From the human T2T-CHM13v2.0 reference genome, Homo sapiens: a DNA stretch of 64,000 bases. The stretch lies in the NCBI RefSeq assembly GCF_009914755.1, contig NC_060925.1. One strand, written 5' to 3'. Numbering within the stretch: the stretch's first letter is position 1; each line of letters starts with the position of its first letter. Shown in pieces: positions 14,668-37,441 of the stretch. The notes below the pieces were generated by a model that ran no database searches, was not told the DNA's origin, and saw only the letters and a list, made by a program, of their open reading frames with translations. The position numbers and the translations under genes are program-made.

Positions 14668-14910
14668 CTATCCAAAATGTCAAAAATATTGTAACAATTG
14701 TTAATTAGAACAATCCAAAGGAAATTCTTATATTCTAATATTAAATATAAATTTACCATAATTTATATTTAAATTCCGTTGAAGCAACATTATCAGTAAA
14801 GTTGACACTTGTTCATTCAAGGAAAAAGCAAAATAAATTCTCTTAAGGTACAAACCCAGGAGGTTTTTGCTTATTCTTTAACATTTATTGTTTTAAAAGC
14901 TCAAAAGTAG

Positions 14911-15244
<334 letters not shown>

Positions 15245-15548
15245 TCACGGTGTATCAGTTAACATAAAATATTATATTAATTTTGGAAGCTTTGAATTAA
15301 CTTTTACATAACTCCTTTTGTTTTACATAGACTATATAATAAAACATTATAAAGTGCTTTGACGTGTAAAAGGTTCAGTTATACATTAGGTAAAATCATA
15401 AAGATTTCAGTATCTCTTCATTCTATACAAAATTCAAGAATATGGGTATTTTTCCATTTTACAAAACAACAGTATAGGATAGTCTTCTGTATTTCTATAC
15501 AAACATTCAGTTTTTATTAAACATTTTAAATGGTATTACAAGAAACTG

Positions 15549-15562
15549 CCACCAGATGGCAC
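15549..15562 (+). promoter_or_regulatory. CTCF core motif in PTPN22 intron 13
   Basis: CCACCAGATGGCAC matches CCASYAGRKGGCRS at all 14 positions. Confidence 0.6.
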
Positions 15563-16401
15563 ATGACGATATTGTTACAATCCCTGAAAATAAGGGTATG
15601 TTTTTATTAATTAATTTTTTTTTTGAGACGGAGTCTCGCTCTGTTTTTTAATGATGCAGATGCTCAGAGAAGTTTAAGGTATAAGAAAAGAAAATACATT
15701 TAAATGTTTAAAAATGTATAAAATAATCTAATCACAGAAGGAACATCTTAGATCCAGATAAGATATTTTTGCAACAAAGCTACAAATGATCTACACAACT
15801 ATTTATTAAGAAACTCTACAATAAATAATGTTATAGAGCAAAAGTTTTCTCCACCTCCTATCTATGTAGAATGTGCTTTACAAATTATTTGATGATATAC
15901 CTAAGGGAGTTAAACTTGTTCATTGCTTTCCCTCATCATCTTCCACATCAAATTATTGTCATCATCTCTAACAGGGTGCTCATTTCTACTTTCAAACTAA
16001 TCAGTAAAACAGAACAATATGCATTATATGCAAAAATACAGAATTATAAAAGAGACAAAACATGAAAGTAAAGGTATACATATGATAAAATTTTTACACA
16101 AAATACTAAACATGTATTGTCATCTACGAGATTACTACAAAAGAGCAAGAAATCAGGTTCTCCCCTTCCAAATCCTGCAGGAAGATAATTCAATTTTTAG
16201 CAATATGTTCAACTCATTTTAGCCACATAATTGTGCAACAAAAAATCTGGGTGCTATTGATCAAATTTTTTTCTGCTCTTCCTTTGGAAGCTGCTTCTAT
16301 ATGTTAAGAGTAAATTCTGAAGCTAGGTGTGGTGGCTTGCACCTGTAATCCCAGCACTTTGGGAGGCCAAGGTGGGAGGATTGCTTGAGGCCAGATTTTC
16401 A

Positions 16402-16611
<210 letters not shown>

Positions 16612-16923
16612 TTAAAAAACAGTATATTGTGAGCCTTTGATATACATTTCTAGAAATGAGGCGTGCCTTCTTTAGAAGCACTCCTGCTGGTACAGATCCT
16701 GTACCAGATCTTGATTGCCTCCATTGTTGCCTGTTTCATGGAATATTATGTTTGATGTTGCTATTTTCAACTTATTACAGCATTAAAACACTCCTGGAAT
16801 GTATTTATTTGAGGAGTAGCAGGAAGAAGAAAGAGAAGGAAGCAGGCTAGGCGTGGTGGCTCATGCCTGTAATCTCAGCACTTTGGGAGGCCGAGGCAGG
16901 CAGATCACGAAGTCAAGAGATCA

Positions 16924-17229
<306 letters not shown>

Positions 17230-17264
17230 CTAAAATTCTATGCAAACTTTAAAAAATAACTTAC

Positions 17265-18082
17265 CTAGTACAGCTGACTCCTGGTTCAATAGTGAGGAAA
17301 TATTGGTTGGAGAATTCAGTGATAAAGAATCATGTGAATTGTAATAAGAGAAGAGGGATGTAGAGGATGTTGGCAACAGAGAAGAAGGAAAAACAGTTCC
17401 ATCTTGCTTCTCAGGTAAATCAAGAGACATCTTAGAACTGGTACCACTTGGAGGCCATGATGAAAAATAAGGATTTTCCACTAAAGGTATGTAAGAATAT
17501 ACACCAAGAGCACTAGAGTCATGGTGCTTTACATTAGAGGCATTACGTATTTGGTGTTTAGAGTCATATGGCAGTGAATAATTCAGTTCTGCTGAAGAAA
17601 CATGCATTACTTTTTGAGCCTGCATCTCTACAAAACAAGAATCATGTGGTTGAGATTCCAAATAAGAAAAGTTTTCCTTGCTGTCCACCTCCTTGGTTTC
17701 TCTCTGCTGTATCAATTCAAAAGGAGTTGATTTGGTCCGTGTTATTGGCACCTTTGAATTAAAATATCTTCCTGCTGCATTTACAGGTTTAGAATTAGAA
17801 CATCCCTCAAACAAAAGAGAGCCCAAATCCAAACTTTGATGCTTCTGAAGAGGCTCCCCAACTATTGGAAATGCCTTTGTCTGCCATTTCATGGTTGTGT
17901 CAGCATTTTTGTCAAAACTGTAATTTAGCTCCAGAAAGTCAAAAGAAGTGCTTGATTTAGCAGGGTGCAAAACTAGCTCTTCTTTTGCACTTATTTCAGA
18001 AGTCCTAAAGTCAAAGGAAGAAGATTCTTTGATTTCCATTTTTGTCCTTTGTTGGTTCATCATTTTTGCTGCTTTTGTGGTA
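17265..18082 (-). CDS. PTPN22: PTPN22 exon 13 (large interdomain exon, TTKAAKMMNQQ...QESAVL)
   Basis: 818 nt open frame inside ORF 17230..18123; TTTTAG acceptor and GTAAGT donor. Confidence 0.97.
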
Positions 18083-18218
18083 CTAAAACAAAAAGAAAGC
18101 GTAATGATGACACCATACCCCAAACAGGCCGCTTCCTAGCATCACAATGATGTATAAGCATGAGATTCATCTCCCAGACACAATTAGTCAACATTTAGAT
18201 ATATAAAATTGTACTCAC

Positions 18219-18295
18219 CTTTTTGGTAAATTAGGAGAATAAGAGTCTGCTTGGAGAGTGTGATTTTTCTCAGGAATACAATGCTTTGCTTGACT
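18219..18295 (-). CDS. PTPN22: PTPN22 exon 12 (SQAKHCIPEKNHTLQADSYSPNLPK)
   Basis: 77 nt; AG/GT boundaries; in frame. Confidence 0.95.
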
Positions 18296-19740
18296 CTTTA
18301 AAAGAAATAAGTCAGAGGCTGGTTTTCAGTGAAGCAATGTCAATAAGATATTTTAATATTTAGAAGGCTGAAAAGTAATTTTTCAGGAAATAAAAAGATT
18401 TAAAATAATTCATGAAAGAGTTAGATTAGCTTCCAAAATATTGAACTCAGCAAGAACTCGTTCATATACTGAGATGGCCAGAATAAAGGATTAATAGTAT
18501 TATAGAAACCAGAAAGGATTTGTGTATATCATCATCTTTTCAAATGTGGGAGTTTTAAAAATGTTCTTTGGTGGGTAACTTTAGTCTCAAAAACACTCTG
18601 CCTTTAGAAATTTCAGCATCTCAGCCCTTTACAGGTACTTATTAGGTCTCTGGACCTATTTCATCTTGTTCTACTCTTTTCCTCCTCACTATGCTCTAGG
18701 TATACTGGTTTTCTTGCCATTACTTTAGCATGCCAAACTTATTTCCAAGTCAAGGCTTTTACACTTACTATTCCCCCTGATTAATATATTTTTGCTCCAA
18801 ATTTTGCATGGCTGGCTCCTTCTAAGTAATTAGATCTCTGCTTAACTGTCATCTGCATAAGGAAACCTTCCCTGACCACCCAACCTAAAATCACATTTCT
18901 TCCCCTGTCCAGCCATGCTCAATCTTCTTCTTTTTTAAGAGACAGGGCCTCGCTGTATTGCCCAGTCTGGCCTCAAACTTCTGGGCTCAAGCAGTCCTCC
19001 TACCTCAGCCTCCCAAGTAGCTGGGACACTACAGGTGTGTACCACAGTGCCTGGCCTCAATCTTTTTTTTTTTTTTTTAATTAAGTTAGGGTCTTATTCT
19101 GTTACCCAGGCTGGAGTGCAGTGGCACAAACATGGCTCACTGCGGTGTTGACCTCCTGGGTTCAAGTCCTCCTCTCACCTCAGCTTCCCAATCCTTATTT
19201 TTTATAGCAATTATCATATTATGAAATATGTTATTGTGGTTCATAGAATCTTAAAATATAATTGATTATAAAATATATCTTCATTTCAGAGATGTTAAAA
19301 TCCATTTTGAACATCTCAGTTGATGCAGAAAAAGCGTTTGACAAAATTCATGTTAAAATCACTTAACAAAATAGGAATATAAGGAAATGTTCTCAACATG
19401 ATAGAGGCCATATATGAAAACCCATAACTAACATCATATTCATACATGAAAGACTTAAACTTTCCCCTAAGATCAAAAACAAGACAAGAATGCCAACTTT
19501 TACCACTTCTATTCAACATAGTACTAAAGTTCTAGCCAAAGTAATTTTTTTAATTAATTTTGTTCTTAGGCAAGAAAAAAAAAAGCATTCAAATTGGAAA
19601 AAAAGGCTGCGCACAGTGGCTCACGCCTGTAATCCCAGCACTTTGGGAGGCCAAGGTGAGTGGATCCCTTGAGGTCAGGAGTTTGAAACCAGCCTGGCCA
19701 ACATGGTGAAAGCCCGTCTCTATTAAAAATATAAAAATTA

Positions 19741-19878
<138 letters not shown>

Positions 19879-20792
19879 CTAACTTAATTCCATCTCAAAA
19901 AAAAAAAAAAAATTGGAAAAAAAGGAAGTAAAATTATCTCTAGTCTCAGATGACATGATTTTATATATGGGATTCCACAAAAAATCTGCTAGAGCTAATA
20001 AACAAATTCAAAGTTGCAGGATGTAAAATGAACACATAAAACGAGTTGCATTTCTATACATTAGCAATGAACAATCTGAAAAGAACATTAAGGAAACAGT
20101 TATATTTATAATGGCATCAAAAAGAATAAAATACTTAGGAATAGATTTAACCAAGGAGGCAAAAGACTTGTATACTGAAAACTACAAAGCTTTGCTGAAA
20201 GAAATTAAATAAGATATAAATAAATAGACATTCAAAGTGATCTACAAGTGCAATGCAATTCTTATCAAAAACCCAATGGCATTTTTACATAATTTGTTTA
20301 AAAAACAGACTAAAATTCATGGAATTTCAAGGGGCACTGAACAGTCAAAACAATCTTGAAAAAGAAGAGCAAAGTTGAATGACACACTACCTGATTTCAA
20401 AAATTGCAACAGAGCTACAGTAATTAAAACAGTGTGGTACTGACATAGTATAGACTAAAGACCAATGGAATAGAAGAGCTTTGAAAAAAACATTTACATA
20501 TGGTGGGCAATTGATTTTTGACAAAAGTGCCAAGAAAATTCAATGGAGAAAGGAGAGTGTTTTCAATAAATGATTCTGGGAAAAACTGAATATACACATG
20601 CAAAAGAATGAAGTTGAGGCTGGGTGCGGTGGCTCATGCCTGTAATCCCAGCACTTTGGGAGGCTGAGGCGGGTGGATCACCTGAGGTCGGGAGTTTGAG
20701 ACCAGCCTGACCAACATGGAGAAACCCCGTCTCTACTAAAAATACAAAATTAGCCAGGCATGGTGGCGCATGCCTGTAATCCCAGCTACTCA

Positions 20793-20897
<105 letters not shown>

Positions 20898-21236
20898 TCA
20901 AAGGAAAAAAAAAAAGAGAGAGAATGAAGTTGGACCCTTATCTTATGATACAGAAATTAACTCAAAAATTGATCAAATACCTAAACATAAGAAGTAAAAT
21001 GTAAAACTCTTATAAGAAAATGGGCAAGCTTCATGACATTGGATTTGGCAACGATTTCTTGGATAGGACACCAAAGGCACAAACAACAAAAGAATAATAG
21101 GAAAATTGGACTTCATTGAGATTAAGACTTTTACACACCAAAGGACACAAAGGCAAAAAGGCAACCCATTGACTGAATGGAAGACGGTATTTGCAAATCA
21201 CATATCTGATAAGGGATCAATATCCAGAATACATAG

Positions 21237-21644
<408 letters not shown>

Positions 21645-22131
21645 TGAGATGGAAGGACTCCTTGAGGCCAGGAGTTCAAGACTAGCCTGGGCAACATAAT
21701 GAGACCCTGTCTCTAAAAAAAAAATTAAAAAAAAATTAGCTTGGTGTGGTAGTGCATACCTATAGTTTCAGCTACTCAGGAGCTGAGGTGGGAGGATCAC
21801 TTAAGGCCCAAGAGTTTGAGGCTTCAGTGAGCCATGATGGTGCCACTGGACTCCAGCCTGAATGACAGAGCAAGACCCTGACTAAAAAAAAAGTAGGGGT
21901 GGGTGGGAGAAGGCAAAGGACTTGAAGAGACATTTTTCCAAAGAGGATATACAAATGGCCAATAAGACCACAGAAAGGTGTCTAATCATTAGGAAAATAT
22001 AAATCAAAATCACAATGAGATACCACTTCACACCTAATTAGGATGGCTGCCATCAAAAAAACAAAATAGGCCAGGCGTGGTGGCTCACGCCTGTAATCCC
22101 AGCACTTTGGGAGGCCGAGGCCGGCGGATCA

Positions 22132-22477
<346 letters not shown>

Positions 22478-22494
22478 CTAAAAGAAAACTAAAC

Positions 22495-22806
<312 letters not shown>

Positions 22807-22973
22807 CTAAACATAGAATTACCACATGTAATTCCACTTCTGGGTTATACCCAAAGTAATTAAAAGCAGGGATACAAATATATATTTGTATACCCATGGT
22901 CATCACAGCATTACAGCAGCCAAAAAGTGGAAGGAACTCAAGTATCCATTGATGGATGAATGGATAAACAAAA

Positions 22974-23005
22974 TGTGTGTGTGTGTGTGTGTGGTGTGTG
23001 TGTGT
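22974..23005 (+). repeat. (TG)n dinucleotide microsatellite, once interrupted
   Basis: TGTGTG...GGTGTGTG run. Confidence 0.9.
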
Positions 23006-23399
23006 ATAAACATATACAATGGAATATTATTCAGCCTTAATGAGTAAGAAAATTGTGACACGTTACAACATGGATGAACCTTGAGGACATTACGCTAAGT
23101 GAAATAAGCCAGACACAAAAGGACAAATACTATATGATTCCACCCATATCAGGTACCTACAGTAGTCAAATTCATAGAGACAGAAAGTAGAAGGATGGTT
23201 GCCAGGGGCCAGTGGGAGGGGAGAATAGGGAGTTATTGTTTAATGGATACAGAGGGTCTGTTTAGAATAATGAAAGTTCCAGAAATAGTGATAGTCACTC
23301 AACATTGTGAATATACTTAATGACACTACATTGTACACTTAAAAATGGCTAAAATAGTAAATTAAAATGATATATTATACCACAATAAAAATATTAATT

Positions 23400-27389
<3,990 letters not shown>

Positions 27390-27627
27390 TAGCTGGGATT
27401 ACAGGTGCGCATCACCATGCCCAGTTAATTTTTGTATTTTTAGTAGAGATGGGGTTTCACCATGTTGGCCAGGCTGGTCTTGAACTCCTGATCCCAGGTC
27501 AAGACCAGCCTGGTCAATATGGCAAAACCCCACCTTGGCCTCCCAAAGTGCTGGGATTACAGGAGTGAACCACTGCACCCGGCCATTTGGAAAAATTTTT
27601 TTGTAGAGACAATTGCTATGTTGCTGA

Positions 27628-27954
<327 letters not shown>

Positions 27955-28119
27955 TGACCTCAGGTGATCTGCCTGCCTCGAGCTCCCAAAATGCTGGGAT
28001 TACAGGTGTGAGCCACCGGACTTAGTGAGATTAATTTTTTAAGTTAAATTACATCAAATTAATTTGTCATTTTCCACAGGAAATTTTCAGTGCAGCCCTA
28101 TGCACACCTGACGCTCTCA

Positions 28120-28404
<285 letters not shown>

Positions 28405-29398
28405 CTAATATAGCAGACCCAAAAGGACGATCGGCATGTTATTAAACTTACTAACAATGCCTTATGCTTACGTAGTTCACTTCAGATTTCAAAGCACTTT
28501 TATGCTGCTGAAAATAGCTAAATATTTGATACACCTCTAACTAATGTACAGGAATCTTATGACTTGTTTCTTTTATGTTCTAAACCTAGTTTCTTATCTT
28601 TCTCTCCACCATCATTTCTCTAATTCTGTTTCCCTTGCTCACATTAAAAAAAAAAATATTTCATTCTAGATGGATTTTTTGTAAGCAACCTTCATCTTTT
28701 CTGGAAAAAGAGATAGTGGTTGGTATATAGATAGATAACTTCAATGTCTATGCTTTAATTTGGTCCTCACAATTGCTCTATAAAGTAGATAAGCTATTTA
28801 TACCTATTTACAAACAGTTTATCCCAGGTCATTCAGAAGGAATTTCCAGGGCTTGGCTTAGAAACTTAATTTCCACACTCTTAGTTCAGTGCATTTAGAT
28901 AAAGTTGCTAAAATTTTGTCCTAATAAAGATACCAAAAAAAAGTAAACCACTAAATAAGGTTTTGAAATTTGTGGTTACAAAAGGATTTCACCATAGAGA
29001 AATGAGACCTCTATTATTACAAGGTTTATGAGTTATTACTACTCTGTTTTTGCCTGTACTTTCTCAAGCACTTAATTTTGAACCTACTTTTTATCTGAAA
29101 GGGCCTAATCAGGGTTTTACCTGAAAGGGCCTATTCAGGGTTTTCCCTGACACTTTACACATTTCTGTACAAATAAAGAACAATTTTTTTTCAAAGATAA
29201 TTTTAGCAGGAAACAATGCAGAGTCTATATCATTCAACACAGCCATTAGTATGCTCTTTATTTATTTTTATTTTTTTTTTTTTTTGAGACACGGTCTCAC
29301 CGTGTTGCCCAGGCTGGAGTGCAGTGATGCAATCTCGGCTTACTGCAGCCTCGACCTCCCAGGCTCAAGTGATGCTCCCACCTCAGTCTCCCAAGTAA

Positions 29399-30049
<651 letters not shown>

Positions 30050-30807
30050 TTAGTTGTTTGATAATGCCAAAATGTGAAGGCTTTTTCAGCGTCTTCCAAC
30101 TCTTAAAAGTAGGCCTGAAATGAAATTCGTTTTTGAAATGGGGTATAGTTTTATTAAATTAGTATTGCTATTTATATAACTAGGTTCCATACTTCTGGCA
30201 TCTTTATGCATTTACATGGATCAGCCTTCTTTCAAGTCTGACAGCATTAAACCAGCTAATGCTTTCATTTCACATAAGCTTTCTCCCTCACAGGTTGAAT
30301 ATAGAAAACACCTACACTCAGCACACATGAAAGTTATTTTTTTCCACCAGCTATTAGTGGAAAATCTGTGCAGGCCAAACAGTTTTATATTATAATAGCT
30401 CTTTATTTTATCCCTTTAATTCACAACTTCTAGACTAAATATCTGAATTGCCATTGTCAGTTGTTTTATCTCTAAAACTATTTGCATCTTCATTTGTAAG
30501 TGTTTTAAACACTTTAAGGTCTTGCTATTTAAGTAGTTAAAAGTAGTTCTAACAAATTACACAAAAGTGCCTGTTAATAAACATCAATACACGTTTCATG
30601 AATGAATGGGTCAATTCTAAATTCTATATTAAAAATGGAGACCACTTAGAAAACTAAAACTATTGGGTAAAACTATTCGTGTAGAAATATGGGTGAAATT
30701 AATATTGTAGGCAGTGAGAGATTTGGGCTAGGAGAAGGGAAGAGCATTCCTAATGGAGTGAACAAGTATGGGTATTCTGGGGTAGGTTAAAAGGTTGTGA
30801 TACATAA

Positions 30808-31207
<400 letters not shown>

Positions 31208-31695
31208 TAATAGGAATATGGTTTTTATTTTTATTTTTCAGTGTTTCCTAAAACGAGCACATAGACTGAATTCTCCATATTCTGTTACCACATCCTGGGT
31301 AGAAATTACAAATCCCTGATTTTCTATGCTTTCAGAGATGAATTTTATCACTACAAAATTTCAAATTAACATGACCTAGCTATTTCAAGTCCACAAGTCA
31401 GTTTGTTGAATACTTTTACAACATCCTTTGTAAGGAAGTAAGTAATATTACATTGGTATCTTAATATTTTCTGAACAGACAGTAAAATAAGGAATGAAAG
31501 GAATTTGACCCAGGACAAGGGATACAGGAAAAATATTGGGATATTCAGAGTTAGAGAAAATGGCAATGGACTCTAGAGCACGTAATGGTAAATTGGTGTT
31601 ATATCTGAGCAGTCAGCTGTTTTTGGATGCCTCACCATTAAACAGATGGAGCAAGACTCAGACACATGTTCTGATCCATTCACTATAGTTCATAC

Positions 31696-31773
31696 CTGCG
31701 TTTGAACTAATGAAGGCCTCTGTGTCCGCATTTCCCGGATCAAACTGAAAACACTGAAGTTCTCAGGAATTAT
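31696..31773 (-). CDS. PTPN22: PTPN22 exon 10 (IIPENFSVFSLIREMRTQRPSLVQTQ)
   Basis: 78 nt; Q-loop motif; Arg263 codon CGG at 31737-31735. Confidence 0.97.
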
Positions 31774-32247
31774 CTATCAAATTAAAGGGGAAAATATTCC
31801 TTTCAATATTTTGTTAATAAATTATTGCTACTTTTTCATAGTCTTGTACTTCCATGGCATCTGCTCTTCTAACATGGGGTAATATCAGAAAAATGATGCA
31901 TTTTTAAAACAAATGAGGTTTCTTATCACTTGCAACATGATTTAGAGCCTGGTATTTTCCCTAGAAAAGACTAAAGAAACTCTTCAGAATGATTTCACAC
32001 GGTATAACCAAATGTCTAAAACTATAGATATAACGAGGGACAGGATTCAGTAGATGCACAAGTATGAGAGTTGCATAAAATAAAAGAGGTTGGTAGGTAG
32101 GTCTAAAGGCCATATTTTAAACTTCCCATTTCCTATTAGACATTAAAAAATGATTTATAGATTGGAACGCAAAGTATGATTGCAGTAAGTTGAGTCCATC
32201 TATTAAAGCATCTTTGGATAAAGGAAGGGTAACTATATAATTTAGGA

Positions 32248-33977
<1,730 letters not shown>

Positions 33978-34137
33978 CTACCTGGGAACTAATTTAATCG
34001 TCTGACAGAGTGGGTCTACAAGTACATTTTCTAGAAAAGATGAATCATGAAGATAGATGTTTTGAAAAACCAAACAATTACTAAGTATGAAAGCAGTAGA
34101 CTAAGCAAATGGGAAGTGCCTGCTGAGAGAAACTCAC

Positions 34138-34204
34138 CCCATCTTTTAGCAACATCCATGTATAATCAATAGCACAAATAACACCAGTCCTTCCACAGCC
34201 AGCA
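34138..34204 (-). CDS. PTPN22: PTPN22 exon 9 ([22 protein letters not shown])
   Basis: 67 nt; completes the [13 protein letters not shown] signature. Confidence 0.98.
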
Positions 34205-34503
34205 CTGAAATGAAAGATCACAGTAGCATGTATGCATGTATACCTAGAGAGAATGGACCATTGACAGTAGCTGGAAAATTTCACCAGCAGATTTGAGGAA
34301 GAAGATACCTGGGGACAATTAAACTTTCCAAACCCCACCATTTCCCAGAGCCCATTTGTCATGCAAGAGGTCCTAGGCAACATCTCAGAGCAAGAGTCTC
34401 TAGAACTGTACTACTCACAAGTAACTTATCAGAAAAACATGAATTTAATGCTTAGGTTGAATTTATTATCGTTTGTTTTTGCTATTAACCTTTTCCCCTT
34501 TCA

Positions 34504-34716
<213 letters not shown>

Positions 34717-36045
34717 CTATAAAAAGTAGCCAGATGGGAGGGGAAGAGGGGCAAGGGCTGAAAAACCACCTATTGGGTATTATGCTCACTACCTGGGTGA
34801 TGGGATTATTCAGTGGCATGCATGCAACAAACCTGCACATTTATGCCCTTGTGTCTTATATTCATAAGATTAAAGTTGAGGCTGGGTGTGGTGGCTTACG
34901 CCTGTAATCCTAGCACTTTGGGAGGCCGAAGCAGGCAGATTACTTGAGGTCAGGAGTTCAAGACCAACCTGGCCAACATGGGGAAACCCTGTCTCTACTA
35001 AAAATACAAAAGTTAGCCAGGCAAGGTGGTGAGCACCTGTAGTCCCAGCTACTGGGGAGGCCACGGCACAAGAGTTGCTTGGACCCAGGAGGCTCAGGTT
35101 GCAGTAAGCCAAGATTGCACCACTGCACACTCCACACTCCAGACTGGGTGACAGAGCGAGACTCTGTCTCAAAAAAAAAAAAAAAAAAAAAGTTGAAATT
35201 ATTTTAAAAATAGCCAGGATAATAAGACAACTTGTGGTTAGAACTCCACCTCATTATACCAAGACAACAGTCCGGCATACTAAGTTGTATCTATATCCTT
35301 TTTGAAATTTATTCCGGTTTCTTCTCTATAGATCTCAGGTGACCAGATGCTTTCTGAAAACCATTAAAAGTGATTTCAGGTCACTTACTATTGGTTTGTC
35401 CCCATCTGCCCCATTCACAAGAGGAAATAGCTAGATATGAAAATAGTTCAAACCAGTGTTTCCCAACTGGTATGCCTCCAATGTGTCACAATCATGCTGA
35501 TATATTAAATCTTTTTGCCTTAGAGAAGCTGGGCAGGGCCTAGGGCAGCCTAAGCTCTCAAACTGGTCCCCAGTCTCTATGCACTGTTCAGCTTCTGTTC
35601 ACCCTACAAATATTATCATTTTATATGTGTGCCATGGTATAGAATAGATTGAAGACATATTATAACAATGGTCTCTTCTTTTTTTCTTCTTCTTTGAGAC
35701 ACAGTCTTGCTCTGTCACCCAGGCTGCAGTACAGTGGCACCATCTCGGTTCACTGCAACCTCCACCTCCAGGGCTTAAATGATTTCTCCTGCCTAAGCCT
35801 CTTGACTAGCTGGAACCACAGGCATGCACCACCACGCCCAGCTAATTTTTTGTGTGTTTTTAGTAGAGACAGGTTTTTGCCATGTCGGCCAGGCTCAAAG
35901 TTCTCTTGAATATGAAGACTCATTCATGACATCAAAGACCCTACCACTTCCCATTGTCTTATGCCCAGCCTGAGCTACACACATCTATATTTACTTGCCT
36001 GATCTCTATAGGCTTTTGAGTTTATCATTCTTATTTTATACTTAC

Positions 36046-36105
36046 ACTATTGAACTTAACTTTTAGAGTCCTGATTATATAATCAGATTTCCTTTTTTCA
36101 GCTTC
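36046..36105 (-). CDS. PTPN22: PTPN22 exon 7 (EAEKRKSDYIIRTLKVKFNS)
   Basis: 60 nt; AG/GT boundaries; in frame. Confidence 0.96.
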
Positions 36106-36181
36106 CTAAAAAGAAAAAGAAGACTCAAGTATTAGTGATTGCAAAGACAAGCTCTCTATAAGGTAGACCCTGGAGGCTTTA

Positions 36182-36325
<144 letters not shown>

Positions 36326-36647
36326 CTAGTCTTTTCCACTCTCTCATTTGGAAGCAAATTCAGCTCTATGTCCTTCACCTTAGGTTAGGTGCGTCTAACC
36401 CCTTTGGGCTTCAACCCCTACATTATTGGAATCTCCAAAGATGGGAAAACAAACATTAAAGGATATATAAATTACAGACTTCCTGGGAGTCTGAAAAAGT
36501 AGAAATAGAAATCTTTGACCTATTTTTAGTATTTCACAAGAACTAACAGAAATCATATGTCTACTAAAACAGCTGCACAAGCTAAGTGAAATACCTAGTT
36601 CCCTTGCTTTTGATTAGAATTGTCAACTCAGAATGGCAACAGTAGAA

Positions 36648-37095
36648 CAGTGATATCCAGTAAAAATATAATGTGAACCACAAATGTAATTTTAAATTTT
36701 CAAACAGACATATTAAAAAATGAAAAGAGGTGAAATTAATTTTAATAACATATCTTAGCCCAATATATCAAAACATTCTGACATGTAACCAATATAAAAT
36801 AATTATCAGATATTTGGCATTTTTTACTAAGTCTTCAAAATCCAGTGTATATTTTATATTTATAGCTAATCTCAATTAGGATGCCAAATTTTGGAAATAT
36901 TTTATTTCCATTTAGATTTAATAAAACTTACATTTGAAAAATTTTCACATACTCAAACAGCTTTCTGATAACTGAATTGCATGTCAGTTTTTAAGTTTAA
37001 ATCAATTAAAATAATTGAGTTCCCCAGTCACATTAGCCATATTTTAAATGCTCAATAGCTGTATGTGGCTGGTGGATGCAATATTGGACGGCACA
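36648..37095 (+). mobile_element. MER33/Charlie1-family DNA transposon remnant
   Basis: AATATAATGTGAACCACAAATGTAATTTTAAATTTT start and GTGGCTGGTGG...ATATTGGACGGCACAG end. Confidence 0.7.
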
Positions 37096-37402
37096 GGATT
37101 AAAAGCTCTGGCTGGCAGTTAAAGATATCTAATTAATAGAAATGGGCAAGTGATTTGTTAATCTTAAAAGCATACCTTGTTTTTAACTGTAAAACATAGG
37201 GTCTACTGAGAAAACAAACAAATAGGATTCTTAGGAGAAAAAAAAAAATCCTCTGAGAATCACGTGGCATTCCCAAACTGAAAACTATGAAGATGACATA
37301 AGTTTTATCTAGGTACACTCAGGTAAGTTCTGCTGCCAATTTCCCTCTCCTTTTTCTTCTTTCCTTTGTTTTAAGGTCAGCAGGTACTAGAAAGTAACTT
37401 AC

Positions 37403-37441
37403 CTTTCCCATTTCATACTCCATGCATGCCATAACAATGAT
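37403..37441 (-). CDS. PTPN22: PTPN22 exon 5 (IIVMACMEYEMGK)
   Basis: 39 nt; IVM PTP motif; CAG acceptor, GTAAGT donor. Confidence 0.96.

Noticed and set aside
17230-18123. 297-aa ORF as a stand-alone gene
   Set aside because: It is PTPN22 exon 13 plus short intronic extensions on each side; splice sites at 18082 and 17265 explain it.
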